From the IMG/VR virus record IMGVR_UViG_3300009508_000001, positions 37,616-101,615 of that record: DNA of 64,000 nucleotides. One strand, given 5' to 3'. The position numbers and the translations under genes were made by a program. Source of the DNA: a virus (lineage: Duplodnaviria > Caudoviricetes). The notes under the pieces are model-generated. The model was not told the origin of the DNA, did not search any database, and saw only the letters and a list, made by a program, of their open reading frames with translations. Below are positions 37,813 through 48,517 of the stretch, piece after piece. Numbering within the stretch: the stretch's first letter is position 1; every line of letters begins with the position of its first letter.

Positions 37813-40800
37813 TTATTTACAGTCTAATGGTGATTCTTCGTTATTATTATTTACTTCAAGTTCTTTTATATATGTATCTGTACCTATTCTTGGAAATTCA
37901 CTCTTTCCATAAAATAATTCTACGTTACCATCTATAACAGATATTTCAACATCATAAATTTTACCAGATTTTATATTTTCTAATTTTAAAGAATAATCAA
38001 AATTAGCATCTTTACTAACTTCTAAAATTTTAACTTTTGAATCTACAATATCATTCTTTATAGTAAATGATAATGTTACTTCATTACCTACTTTTAAAAT
38101 AGTTTTAGCTTTTTCAACCTGTTTATTTAATAAATCATTATTATCTTCTTGCAAAGATACAACATTTTCTTGAGGTAACAAAATATCTTCAAGATTTTTT
38201 ATATAAATTTTTGGTATTTGATGTTGGTTAAATAAATCTTTATTTATAAATTGTGGTGATTTACTTAAACCATTATATCTTTTATTAGCTAATTTAATAG
38301 CTTGTGGTATATCATTTTGAAATTCACTATTATTTACATCATATTCTCTAATATTTAAGTGAGATTTTTTATTCTTATAACCTGACTTTTCTATAAGTTT
38401 ATATTGAGGATCATTATTAATGTATCCTTGTAACTCATATAACATATTATTTTGACTCTTAAGAAAATTAGGAAACATTGTTTCTTCGTTATTATTATTA
38501 CCTATACCATAAGATCTTACATTAAGTTCATCTTTAGAATTTATTGAAAAACCTGTAACAACACTTAAATTATTTATTACTTCTCTTTGTGGTTTAATTC
38601 TTTTACTAGAAATAACAGGAACTATTTTATTATTCTCATAATTGTTTTTAATAAACTTTGATATAAAATCATCTGAATATTCACCATTTCTAAGTCTAGT
38701 ACTTTGTTCTTTTAAGAAGTTTCTAAAATCATTTTTAATAAAAAACTCATGAGGTATAAAATCTCTAAAATCAATTAAGTTACTATTAAATCCATTCATG
38801 TGATAAGCAGATTTTATAATTTTATTACCTAAAGTTTGGTTTTCCATATATAAGTCTCTAAAAGATCTATATAATTGATCTTTAATATCTTTAGACATAT
38901 TACCAAAGTTAATACCAAAAGACTCTTCATAAAATACTAATGAATCTATAAAGAAATTTCTTTCATCTACATCTTCACTTTGATTAGATTTATAATCAAT
39001 TACATCATTTAGTGTATTAGTAATATATTCTAACTTAGATCCTTCTACTTGTAAAGCAGGAAACCTAGATAGCATATATGTATACATTTCATTTGATACT
39101 AATTTACCTATCTCTTCATCTTTAATAAGACCCATAGAACCTCCAGAAGATGCTGAAGTATTCATAGTAATCTCATTCATTATATCAATTACAGGCTCTG
39201 AAGATAATAAAAATAAATCATCATTATTATCTATAATACCTTTAGAATAACCTAATGTATTTAATAATTGAGTACCTAAAGATGTTAATTTACCATCTCT
39301 AACATATTTACGTAAATGATTATTAATTTCACCATCTTCATTTTCTTTATTAAGAAGTTCTTTAATTTTATTAATAGTTATATTCATATCAATAAAATTC
39401 TTTCCAGCTCCTTCTGTATCAAATCTAGATAAAGATACTGAATCATTTAATTTCTTAGCTTGATCTGAATATTCATCAAATTTAGTTAAAATTCTTAGTT
39501 GATCTATTAAGAAGTCACCATCTCTATCCACTTCAGGATTTAAGATATTACTTTCTAATTGATCATAACTAAATACAGTACCTGTTTTAAATCTAGCTAA
39601 AAATTGACTTACTTCTTTATCTGTAGCATTGTCATTTAATATTCTTCTAGCATAAGATTCTTTAAATACTCTTTTAGATGATTTCCAAGCTTCTTCTTTA
39701 GTAGTAGATTTAGATTCATAATCTTTTACAAACTGAGCTAATTCTTTAATTATAGGTTGCCCTACAAAAGAATTAATATAATAAGGATGTACACCAGCTC
39801 TTACCATCATAAATGCAACACCTGATGTATAAGTATTAAAGTTACCATCATTAATATAAGGATCTTTAGCATTATCTACAAAGGCATTAAGAAATGCTGA
39901 TATAGTATCAGATATTTTAAATTGAGTACCATTAAACTTTTTATTAACAGACTTTAAAGGTTCTGATAAGTTATCACCATTCATAGTATCAAATACTGTC
40001 TCTCCATTAACAATATAACCTACTCCTAAATTATAATTATTAAATTTAAGATTAACTACATGTTTAGATCTGTTATGATCTACTAATTGAGTTGCAGTAA
40101 TACCTACACCAGACTTACCTCCAGCATATATATGTTTAAGTTTAAGTTGAAATATAGGGTTATAAAACTTTAAATTTTCACCACTTTGTTGTGACTTATC
40201 ACCATGTAAATATTTTACATGATTTTTAAGATAATCAAAGTCAATTGGTGTTATTAAATCAGCATAAGTTTTTTCATTTGTTAATACTGACCAATATAAT
40301 TCAAATAGTTCATTTTCTATACCTGCTTGTGTATCATCAGAAGGTTGTACATATTCTAATTTACCATCAACTTCTTTAGAGTTAGGTATCATTACATACA
40401 TCTTATCAATATCAAAGTCACTACCTGTCTTAGTAGGTATTTCAGTGTAACCTACAATAGTATCTCCCATTGTTGGAGGTAATATACCTACTACTTGTAA
40501 AGGATCGTTAGAACTCATCCCTTGATTAGGTATTCTATATCCAATAACTTGTAATAATTTAGGATCTATTCTATCATTAATTTCCTGCATTGTCATTTTT
40601 TCATAACCAGGAATAGCTTTTGCTATAACAGAATGACTTATAAATATTTGACCAGGTTGTACTATACTCTTATTTTCAGCATCTTTGTAAATAAAAGGTG
40701 GTTTTAATGTATCAGGTTCTACTAACCATTTTACACCAACTTCATCAGCAACTATTTGATCTAATCCAAAGTTAGACATTTGTATAAATGATCCACCTGG

Positions 40801-43800
40801 AGATTTAACTTTAACAGCAGCTTTTCTTACTTTAGAAAAGAACATATTATTAAGTTTATCTTTAAGACCAGGTAAAGCTTCTAAAGGCATACCTTTTTGT
40901 ACAGCTTTAATAGTATTTATACTATAATTACCATCTAATACTTCATCTTCAAGAATAGCATAAAATTTATCTTTATCTATAGTATTATTATCATCAAGAC
41001 CTAATTCTATACTTAATTTTTCAATACCTTTATTAGACATTTTAGATAAACTATCATTAAGCCTATCTATCATTTCTAAACCATTTATAACTTCATCTCC
41101 TATAGTATAAGCCCCATTAGGATCTATACTAGAGAATATATTCTTTTGTATCTGAGAACCTATTAATGTAGGTTTCATAAGTTTAGTAGGTAAATCTTGT
41201 TGTAACTTCCATTCATTATTATTTAAAGTAATAGCTTCAAGTTTAGTTTTAACAAGTTTACCATCGTCATTAGTAACTTTATTAGGTGTTTTAGCACCTA
41301 CTTTAATTCCATCAAGTGTAATTGATTCTTGTATGTTTGAACTAATCATAGAATCATACATATTCTGTAAATCACTACCTTTTACTAAAGATGGAAAAAT
41401 AACAGCTTGTGAGTATTTAAGATATGTAGGTGTACCATTTACTACACCAAAATATACACCTTTAAGTGGTTGTGCAGCATATTTAAAATCTTCATAAGAC
41501 AAAGCTTCTTTAGATTTACCTATCATTTTATTATATACACGTTCTCTATTATCATTCCATTTACCAGTACGTTCCATTATAAATTTCCAACGATCTGGAG
41601 TAATCCAAGCTTGAGCATCTGTAGAATTAACATCACCATTATAAAGATTAGTTATTTCAGATATTTCCTTATCAGTTTTACCCACTAATTTAAGAGAACT
41701 CTTAATCTTATCTAAATAAGGTGAAGTAACAACTTGATTTTCAATTACAGCTATATTAAAATGCTTATCACCAGGAGTCATACCTAATCTTAAAGGTAAA
41801 CCATCTGTATATGTAGCGGGAACCCTTTTAAAGAAGTCTACCATATTTTTATACATAGCAGGATCTCCTGTAAATAATTTAGTGTATTCTACATTAGCTA
41901 CAGCTGAATTAAGAGTGTAACTAGAAACTAAGTTGATTACACCTGATTGAGTAAGAGTTCCATCTTTATAAACTCCATATTCATTTAGTACTCTACTATC
42001 AATTCCTGATGGAGCATAAAATACTTGACCTTGTTCATTAATACCTTTTACTAATATTCTTTTAGATACTAATTCATTTATGTTATCTCTAAGCATATTG
42101 TTAAATATCTTAGATATTTCTCTTTTAATTATTTCCTCTTGAGCTTTACTAAAAGAATTAGAATCTAATAGTCTAGGTAATCCTTCATTGTTGTATAAGT
42201 TTAATTCTTTATTTAATTCAGCAGTTATAGTATCTGATGATAATTCTGGAAATAACTGAGATTTAAAAGCATTACCTAAATATTTACCTTCATCATTTGT
42301 AAGTTTACCTTTAGATGTATGATAATGAACAATATAATCTTTTTCTTCTAAAGATTGTAGTTTATTAGCTTCATTACGCATTCTATTATATTCATCTAAA
42401 AAGTAGTTTTTATAAGTAGTTAATACTTCGTCACTATAAATAGCTTCTATTTTACCTTGATTATTAGAACTAACTACTACATCATCCATATACATATTAG
42501 TGGATATTTCATGTCTTGTAGGTTTATCAGCAGGAGTAGAAGTTGAATAAACAGCTTGATAACCTATTTTATTACCTTGCTTATTCTTAATACCTGCTTT
42601 TTCAACTTTATTAATTTCATCAATAAGTTGATCTGTTTCTGATATATCTTTATTAGAAACACCTTCACCAGCTTTACCTTCTTCTTGAAAAGATGTAAAT
42701 AATTGTAATTCAAAAGCTTCTAAGTTTTTATTAGACTCAATAGCTCTTTGATTTTCATCATATTTATAATCACCATTTAAATCTTTTTCTTCACCTAATA
42801 AATGATCTATCCATTTACTATTAGCATTTATAACTTGCTTACGTAAGTTTCTTAAATTATCAGTATTTTGTTTATACTTATTTACAGTATTAGATATATA
42901 AGATGGATTAGAAAAAGCCCAATACATTTTATTATTAGCTAATACATTAGTATCAGTTAAATCTTCGTTATAAAAAGCTTCAGCTTTAGCTAACTCACCA
43001 AAAATAGCACTTTTGTAATTAGTTATTAAATTAAATTTTTTAGTATTAAATCTACTAGTTTTAAGTTTATTTACAGCTAATCTAAGAGAGTTAATAGTAC
43101 TAATTACTGTTTCTATATACTCTGTTTTATTACCATCTAAAGATTGATTATTAAGATTAGATATATAGTACCTAAAAGCATTTTCACTAATATTAACTCC
43201 TATACTATCTAAAATGTTTTCTAAAATTATAGATGTATCAGTAAATTTCTCTGCAAATTCTTCTATTGTTATATTGTTAATATCAAAACTTTTATTTGAT
43301 TTATAAAATTCATCTGCTAATTTCTTTATATCAGTGTCTAGTTTGTCAATAAGATTTTTATCAAAAGCTTTTCTAGTAGTTTCTACTATTTTATTAGCAA
43401 TATTGTTATTCTCATCTAAATATGTAGAATTAACCTCACTAGTTTCTTCAGTTATAAATTTATTATAAAAAGCTTTAGACCAATTATTAAGTATTTGAGT
43501 ATCTACAGTATTTTGATTAGATGAATTAATTACCTTATAAGTTTTAGTACTACTATCCCAAGAACTAACAATAAAGTTATTAAATTTATGAGAAAATGCC
43601 ACTACAAATTCATTAATTTTTGATTCATCTAAACCTTCTAGTAGTTCTAGTAAATCATTATAATAAGGTTTAGATACAGCTAGTTTAACTAACTTATTTT
43701 TCATTAAATCATAAATATCTTCAATACCTGTTAAAGTTTCTTCAGGTACTAAATCAGTAAATTCTTTAAGAAGTTCTTGATGAATAGAATCCATATTCAT

Positions 43801-44616
43801 AAAAGATTGCTCTCCTAATAAACTTCCGTATTTAAAATCATAATCACCTTCTTCTATGTTATATTCATATTTAGGTAAAAATGATAATAATAGTTTAGTA
43901 TTAGCAGTAGCTTTATCTTTAGTATTATTTTCAAATGACTGCTTTATATCACCACCAGTTAAACCTTCTTCTAGAGCTTCTTGTGTTTCATCATCTACTA
44001 TTTCATCATTAATAAGAAGATTCTTACTCTTAAAATAATTAGTAAGTTCTACTACAAATTCATCTGAATGAGTTTTAACATTATTAAGTTGAGAAGTTAT
44101 TAAATCTAAACCTTCAATATCTTCTTGATCTTCAGCTACAGATTTAAGTTCTTCATTTTCTTTAATTTTCTCATCTACAAAATTAAGTATTTCTTGTTCA
44201 AGATTAATACCACCTAATGCTGATAAATCATTAAAGTTTTCTTTTATATGTTTATTAAATACATAATTACCTAGTTGTTGAGTAATCTCACCAATAACAT
44301 TAGTTAAATTATGTGTAGCAAATGATGAGAATTCATTAGTTATTAAATCTAGTTTATTTTCATATTTATCTAAAAAGAAATAATTTTTAGCATTATTTCT
44401 ACCTACTCTTTCAATAAGTAAAGGTTCTCCTAAAGCATTAGTTCTACCTTCAATATCTTCATTTCTCCAATCACCAAATTTTTCAATAAAAGATGAGTGT
44501 GATAATTTAGAATAAACATCAGATGCTTTATCTATATCTTTATATATTTCAATAAGTTTTTTACCTAAAGGAGATTCAACACCTTCAGCTCTTTTACTTT
44601 CTATAATACAACTCAT
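37813..44616 (-). CDS. Virion-associated RNA polymerase (phi14:2 gp66-like)
   Basis: GYRIPNQGMSS, catalytic TGSDFDIDK, VDNAKDP; likely ATG 44616 overlapping the upstream TAA. Confidence 0.93.
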   Translation of the reverse strand: MSCIIESKRAEGVESPLGKKLIEIYKDIDKASDVYSKLSHSSFIEKFGDWRNEDIEGRTNALGEPLLIERVGRNNAKNYFFLDKYENKLDLITNEFSSFATHNLTNVIGEITQQLGNYVFNKHIKENFNDLSALGGINLEQEILNFVDEKIKENEELKSVAEDQEDIEGLDLITSQLNNVKTHSDEFVVELTNYFKSKNLLINDEIVDDETQEALEEGLTGGDIKQSFENNTKDKATANTKLLLSFLPKYEYNIEEGDYDFKYGSLLGEQSFMNMDSIHQELLKEFTDLVPEETLTGIEDIYDLMKNKLVKLAVSKPYYNDLLELLEGLDESKINEFVVAFSHKFNNFIVSSWDSSTKTYKVINSSNQNTVDTQILNNWSKAFYNKFITEETSEVNSTYLDENNNIANKIVETTRKAFDKNLIDKLDTDIKKLADEFYKSNKSFDINNITIEEFAEKFTDTSIILENILDSIGVNISENAFRYYISNLNNQSLDGNKTEYIETVISTINSLRLAVNKLKTSRFNTKKFNLITNYKSAIFGELAKAEAFYNEDLTDTNVLANNKMYWAFSNPSYISNTVNKYKQNTDNLRNLRKQVINANSKWIDHLLGEEKDLNGDYKYDENQRAIESNKNLEAFELQLFTSFQEEGKAGEGVSNKDISETDQLIDEINKVEKAGIKNKQGNKIGYQAVYSTSTPADKPTRHEISTNMYMDDVVVSSNNQGKIEAIYSDEVLTTYKNYFLDEYNRMRNEANKLQSLEEKDYIVHYHTSKGKLTNDEGKYLGNAFKSQLFPELSSDTITAELNKELNLYNNEGLPRLLDSNSFSKAQEEIIKREISKIFNNMLRDNINELVSKRILVKGINEQGQVFYAPSGIDSRVLNEYGVYKDGTLTQSGVINLVSSYTLNSAVANVEYTKLFTGDPAMYKNMVDFFKRVPATYTDGLPLRLGMTPGDKHFNIAVIENQVVTSPYLDKIKSSLKLVGKTDKEISEITNLYNGDVNSTDAQAWITPDRWKFIMERTGKWNDNRERVYNKMIGKSKEALSYEDFKYAAQPLKGVYFGVVNGTPTYLKYSQAVIFPSLVKGSDLQNMYDSMISSNIQESITLDGIKVGAKTPNKVTNDDGKLVKTKLEAITLNNNEWKLQQDLPTKLMKPTLIGSQIQKNIFSSIDPNGAYTIGDEVINGLEMIDRLNDSLSKMSNKGIEKLSIELGLDDNNTIDKDKFYAILEDEVLDGNYSINTIKAVQKGMPLEALPGLKDKLNNMFFSKVRKAAVKVKSPGGSFIQMSNFGLDQIVADEVGVKWLVEPDTLKPPFIYKDAENKSIVQPGQIFISHSVIAKAIPGYEKMTMQEINDRIDPKLLQVIGYRIPNQGMSSNDPLQVVGILPPTMGDTIVGYTEIPTKTGSDFDIDKMYVMIPNSKEVDGKLEYVQPSDDTQAGIENELFELYWSVLTNEKTYADLITPIDFDYLKNHVKYLHGDKSQQSGENLKFYNPIFQLKLKHIYAGGKSGVGITATQLVDHNRSKHVVNLKFNNYNLGVGYIVNGETVFDTMNGDNLSEPLKSVNKKFNGTQFKISDTISAFLNAFVDNAKDPYINDGNFNTYTSGVAFMMVRAGVHPYYINSFVGQPIIKELAQFVKDYESKSTTKEEAWKSSKRVFKESYARRILNDNATDKEVSQFLARFKTGTVFSYDQLESNILNPEVDRDGDFLIDQLRILTKFDEYSDQAKKLNDSVSLSRFDTEGAGKNFIDMNITINKIKELLNKENEDGEINNHLRKYVRDGKLTSLGTQLLNTLGYSKGIIDNNDDLFLLSSEPVIDIMNEITMNTSASSGGSMGLIKDEEIGKLVSNEMYTYMLSRFPALQVEGSKLEYITNTLNDVIDYKSNQSEDVDERNFFIDSLVFYEESFGINFGNMSKDIKDQLYRSFRDLYMENQTLGNKIIKSAYHMNGFNSNLIDFRDFIPHEFFIKNDFRNFLKEQSTRLRNGEYSDDFISKFIKNNYENNKIVPVISSKRIKPQREVINNLSVVTGFSINSKDELNVRSYGIGNNNNEETMFPNFLKSQNNMLYELQGYINNDPQYKLIEKSGYKNKKSHLNIREYDVNNSEFQNDIPQAIKLANKRYNGLSKSPQFINKDLFNQHQIPKIYIKNLEDILLPQENVVSLQEDNNDLLNKQVEKAKTILKVGNEVTLSFTIKNDIVDSKVKILEVSKDANFDYSLKLENIKSGKIYDVEISVIDGNVELFYGKSEFPRIGTDTYIKELEVNNNNEESPLDCK
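38152..38182 (-). promoter_or_regulatory. Internal Bacteroidota-type promoter near the RNAP 3' end
   Basis: Minus strand TTTG-N19-TATCTTTG. Confidence 0.6.
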
Positions 44617-47600
44617 TAACATTTTTTATTTTTATCATCTGTAGATGGTATGTCATTTACATTTGAATTATTATTATTCTTTTTAGCTCTTAATTTAGCT
44701 TTTAATCCACCTTTAATTTTACCTTTAGCTTTTTTTCTAGCTACAGGATTAGGTATTGATTCTATACTTTTTGGTTTAGGAATACTTTTTGTAGGGGTTA
44801 CAGAATCATCTACAGGAGTACTAGCTAATAAATTATCAAAGTCTGAAGCTTTACCACTAGCTATACCTTTATCATCATCTATTATAATTTCTGAAGTGAT
44901 AGGTAAATCATTATTTTTATTTTCAGTATTATCAACTTTAGTATCAATATAAATTTTAGTATTACCACCAAATATATGTTCTCCTAACTTAGCATCAGTA
45001 CTTAATACATTTTTAGTAATATATTCTTTATAAGCTTTTTCTTTAAGATTAGCTTTTTTAACATTTCTATTCTTATTATTAATTAACCAATTCTTAATTA
45101 TACCTTTAGAACTTTCAAAATCTTGAAAACTAATAATGTTATTACCATAAGTTAAATTAACACCAGATATTTTAAATTTATTTTTATCTGAAGTACCTTC
45201 ATAAACTAAAGAACTTATTAAATCAATGATAGTTAAATTTTTCACTGATTTACCTAATATTTTAGCTTCTTGTTTAAGTAATTCTAATTGTTCTTCACTA
45301 AGAACTATTTCATCTTGTTTATTACCTATTACATCTTTAAATTTAAGCTTCTTAGAAGGGTTTAATAAAGCTTCTGTTAGAACTAATAGTAAATCACTTT
45401 CTAGTTCATTAACACGTCTTATATTAACTTTTAAAGGGAAGTCTTTACCATTTGCAGTTTTAACTTTTACGAATATATTTCCTGGAAAGCTAGACCTTCC
45501 AAAACTAGCATTAGGTTTATTATCTAATGATAAAATATTACCATTACTATCTGATATAAAATATTCTACATTAGATATATTATTATTTATAAATTCTAAA
45601 TCTAATATATTATTACTTGCTGGTTTACCATCTACAACATCTTGTTTAACTATACCAGGATATTGAAATTTAACTTTAGATGTAATACCATCAAAAGATT
45701 GATTTAATAATATTTGAGTTATAAGATTAGTTTTAACTTCTAGTTCTGCATCAGTTAATGACGTACTAGACATTTCTGATTCAAAAGGTAAATGTGTAAA
45801 AGTATCTTCATTAAAATTAACTTTAATAGGTATTTGTCTAATAAGTTTTTTTAAATCTTTATCAGATATTTTTATACTACCTTCCATTAAAGATTGTAAT
45901 AAAGATAAAGCATCTTTAGCTGTAACGCTATTTTCAGGATAACCTAAACTAAATTTAACTTCTTCTCCTACTTTATTTCTAGGATTTTCAGAAAACTCTT
46001 TATAATTAGATGAAGAAAATTGTGGATCTTGAGACACTACTAAACTAGCATCTTTAGCTTTATTTAATTTTACTTCTTCTTGTTCACTAAATGTTTTAGA
46101 TATAATAGGATTATCTGATAAATCTAATTGATTATCATTATTGTTAGCATATTCTTGACTATCTACAACATCATTACTAGAAGTGTCTTCTTCTACTATA
46201 TTATACTCTTCAACTATAAAGTTTTGAGTAGTTCCATCAGAATTTTGTATAGATACTTCCAAACCTTCTCTAGTTTGTTGTATAATAATAGGTGTGTTAG
46301 CATCTACATTTTCAAAACCTTTTATATTACTTAATAATTCCAAATGTAAATCAGAACCACCTTTAAATATTACTCCAGGTGAATTAGGTATAGGTTCAAA
46401 ATTATATGTATCTGAATCATCTATTAAGTTATTTAATGCTGTAAAAGCATTATTAGATTCTCTTTTAGCTGCTTTAACATCATCAGCTTCTTCTTTTTCA
46501 TTCTTAATAGCTTCCTTAGTTACTTCAGTAGCTTCTTCATTAGCAATATCATCTTGCTCTTTATTATAAGCTTCTTCTACATTATCTGAAACCTCATCTA
46601 ATTCTTCTTCAACTTCTTGAGCATTAGATTCTTCTTGTTTTTGTTTATAATTTTTCTTATATTTAGAAGAATTTATTACTTTATATTGTTCATTAAGAAA
46701 ACTTATTATTTCTGAATCATTATCTATACTTTCTTGTATATCTCTAATTTCACTACGTAGTGGATTAATACTACGCATATAAAGTCTATGCTTCTTTCTA
46801 GTATCTTCATCAGTAGTATAATCTTCAAGTCTAGATTCTTGCTTAGCAAGTTCTGCTTTTTTATTATTAAGAATAACTACTTTTCTATCCATTTCATTTT
46901 CATAATTATCTACTAGAGATCTATTATGATATAACTGGTTAGAGTTTACTTCATTTGATACTTGATTATATATGTTTTCTAAAGATTCTATTCTTTCCAC
47001 AGCTTTTCTAGCTGTTTGAGCATAGTCTTTATCCATACCTTTCTTTTGAGGACCATTTGCAAGGTCTTCATAAAGTTTTATTAAAGGTTCTGTAGTACCT
47101 GATTTAAAAGCATTTAAAGCTTGAGTATCTAATGATAATTTTTGTAATACTTTTACTTTATCATCATTACCATCTTTTATAGCTTTTTCTAATTCTTGAT
47201 TAATAATAGCTTGCTTTTCTACAGAGTTATATATATCTGTAAAACTTTTTACATCTTCACTATTAGCAGCTTGTTCTAATTCATCAAGTTGTTCTTTTTG
47301 TCTTTTATATGCAAGTTTATTATAAGCTCTTACTGATATTTTATCACCAGTTTCAGGGTCTACTGTTTTATTAATTCTATTAACACCTTCTTTGGTTATT
47401 ATAGTTTGACCTAAACCTCCCATAAAACCTAAGAGAGCTGCTTCTTTAGATTGATCAGATATAATATCAAAGTATATATCTTTCATTCCATATTCCTTGT
47501 CATTACCAAAAGCTTTACCTCTCTGACTAGCAATATAGTTTATAACTTCTTCAGCTGATTCTTGACCACCTTCTAATAAACCATAACCTAAGTTCTTAGC

Positions 47601-48515
47601 AGTAGTTTGTCTTTTAAGTAAATTTCTTGTTAATCTAGGTGCAGCTGTAAATAAACTAGCTGATGTTATGTTAAGTAATATATTAAGCCTATTTGTTTCT
47701 ACAGTAATAGACGCTGCATCAGCAGCTTTTTGTCTAGCTTTAGCTTCTGCTTCTTCTTTAGATAATGAACCATCAATTTGAAACTCAGTTAATTTTTTCT
47801 CATATATTTCTTTATATACTTCACTAGCTTCTAATATAGCCTCTGCTTGATTTAAACCTACTGCTGTACCTAATGTCTGAGCTACTTGCCCTGCTTTATT
47901 AGTAACATTAGCTCCAGCCATAGCTGTACCAATCTTTTGTAATTTAGCTAATTTACTAAGTCCTTGTAACCCTTTAGCTACAGCTCCTCCTGTAATAGCA
48001 AATCCACCAATAGATTGAACTAAAGATGAACCATTTTCAAACCACCATCCAGAATCACCAAAATCCATTGGTTTATCTCTATCAGTTCTATATATAGGTA
48101 AAGCTTCATTAGTAGATTCTTTCCATTCATTAGTAAGATCTGTTAACCAGTTACCTACTTCATCATTAGAATTAAAGTAATCTTCAAAGTCTAATACAGC
48201 AGCCATACCACCTATAGCTTCAGGTATAATGTTAGTAAGTCTTCCTAATGCATTACCAAACTTATCTATTTTAGGTTGTAATAAAGCTCTATTTTGTTCA
48301 AGAGACTTATTAAATAACTCATTAAGTTCTAATTGAGCATCAATTTTAATATCTTTATCATACTGAGAATCACCAAAACCTGGAAGGTTATAAGCTTTAC
48401 TAGCAGCAGATGAATCTAATACATCTCCAGAATTACTAAATAATTCATTTAATTCTTGTTGAGGATCAACTGCTTGAGGTGATTCTGCTTGAATTACTTC
48501 ATTTTCATCTTCCAT
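44616..48515 (-). CDS. Giant virion/ejected protein (first of the RNAP triad)
   Basis: 1299 aa; Gly/Ala-rich amphipathic N-terminal region, acidic linker; position upstream of RNAP. Confidence 0.75.
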   Translation of the reverse strand: MEDENEVIQAESPQAVDPQQELNELFSNSGDVLDSSAASKAYNLPGFGDSQYDKDIKIDAQLELNELFNKSLEQNRALLQPKIDKFGNALGRLTNIIPEAIGGMAAVLDFEDYFNSNDEVGNWLTDLTNEWKESTNEALPIYRTDRDKPMDFGDSGWWFENGSSLVQSIGGFAITGGAVAKGLQGLSKLAKLQKIGTAMAGANVTNKAGQVAQTLGTAVGLNQAEAILEASEVYKEIYEKKLTEFQIDGSLSKEEAEAKARQKAADAASITVETNRLNILLNITSASLFTAAPRLTRNLLKRQTTAKNLGYGLLEGGQESAEEVINYIASQRGKAFGNDKEYGMKDIYFDIISDQSKEAALLGFMGGLGQTIITKEGVNRINKTVDPETGDKISVRAYNKLAYKRQKEQLDELEQAANSEDVKSFTDIYNSVEKQAIINQELEKAIKDGNDDKVKVLQKLSLDTQALNAFKSGTTEPLIKLYEDLANGPQKKGMDKDYAQTARKAVERIESLENIYNQVSNEVNSNQLYHNRSLVDNYENEMDRKVVILNNKKAELAKQESRLEDYTTDEDTRKKHRLYMRSINPLRSEIRDIQESIDNDSEIISFLNEQYKVINSSKYKKNYKQKQEESNAQEVEEELDEVSDNVEEAYNKEQDDIANEEATEVTKEAIKNEKEEADDVKAAKRESNNAFTALNNLIDDSDTYNFEPIPNSPGVIFKGGSDLHLELLSNIKGFENVDANTPIIIQQTREGLEVSIQNSDGTTQNFIVEEYNIVEEDTSSNDVVDSQEYANNNDNQLDLSDNPIISKTFSEQEEVKLNKAKDASLVVSQDPQFSSSNYKEFSENPRNKVGEEVKFSLGYPENSVTAKDALSLLQSLMEGSIKISDKDLKKLIRQIPIKVNFNEDTFTHLPFESEMSSTSLTDAELEVKTNLITQILLNQSFDGITSKVKFQYPGIVKQDVVDGKPASNNILDLEFINNNISNVEYFISDSNGNILSLDNKPNASFGRSSFPGNIFVKVKTANGKDFPLKVNIRRVNELESDLLLVLTEALLNPSKKLKFKDVIGNKQDEIVLSEEQLELLKQEAKILGKSVKNLTIIDLISSLVYEGTSDKNKFKISGVNLTYGNNIISFQDFESSKGIIKNWLINNKNRNVKKANLKEKAYKEYITKNVLSTDAKLGEHIFGGNTKIYIDTKVDNTENKNNDLPITSEIIIDDDKGIASGKASDFDNLLASTPVDDSVTPTKSIPKPKSIESIPNPVARKKAKGKIKGGLKAKLRAKKNNNNSNVNDIPSTDDKNKKC

Positions 48516-48517
48516 AC

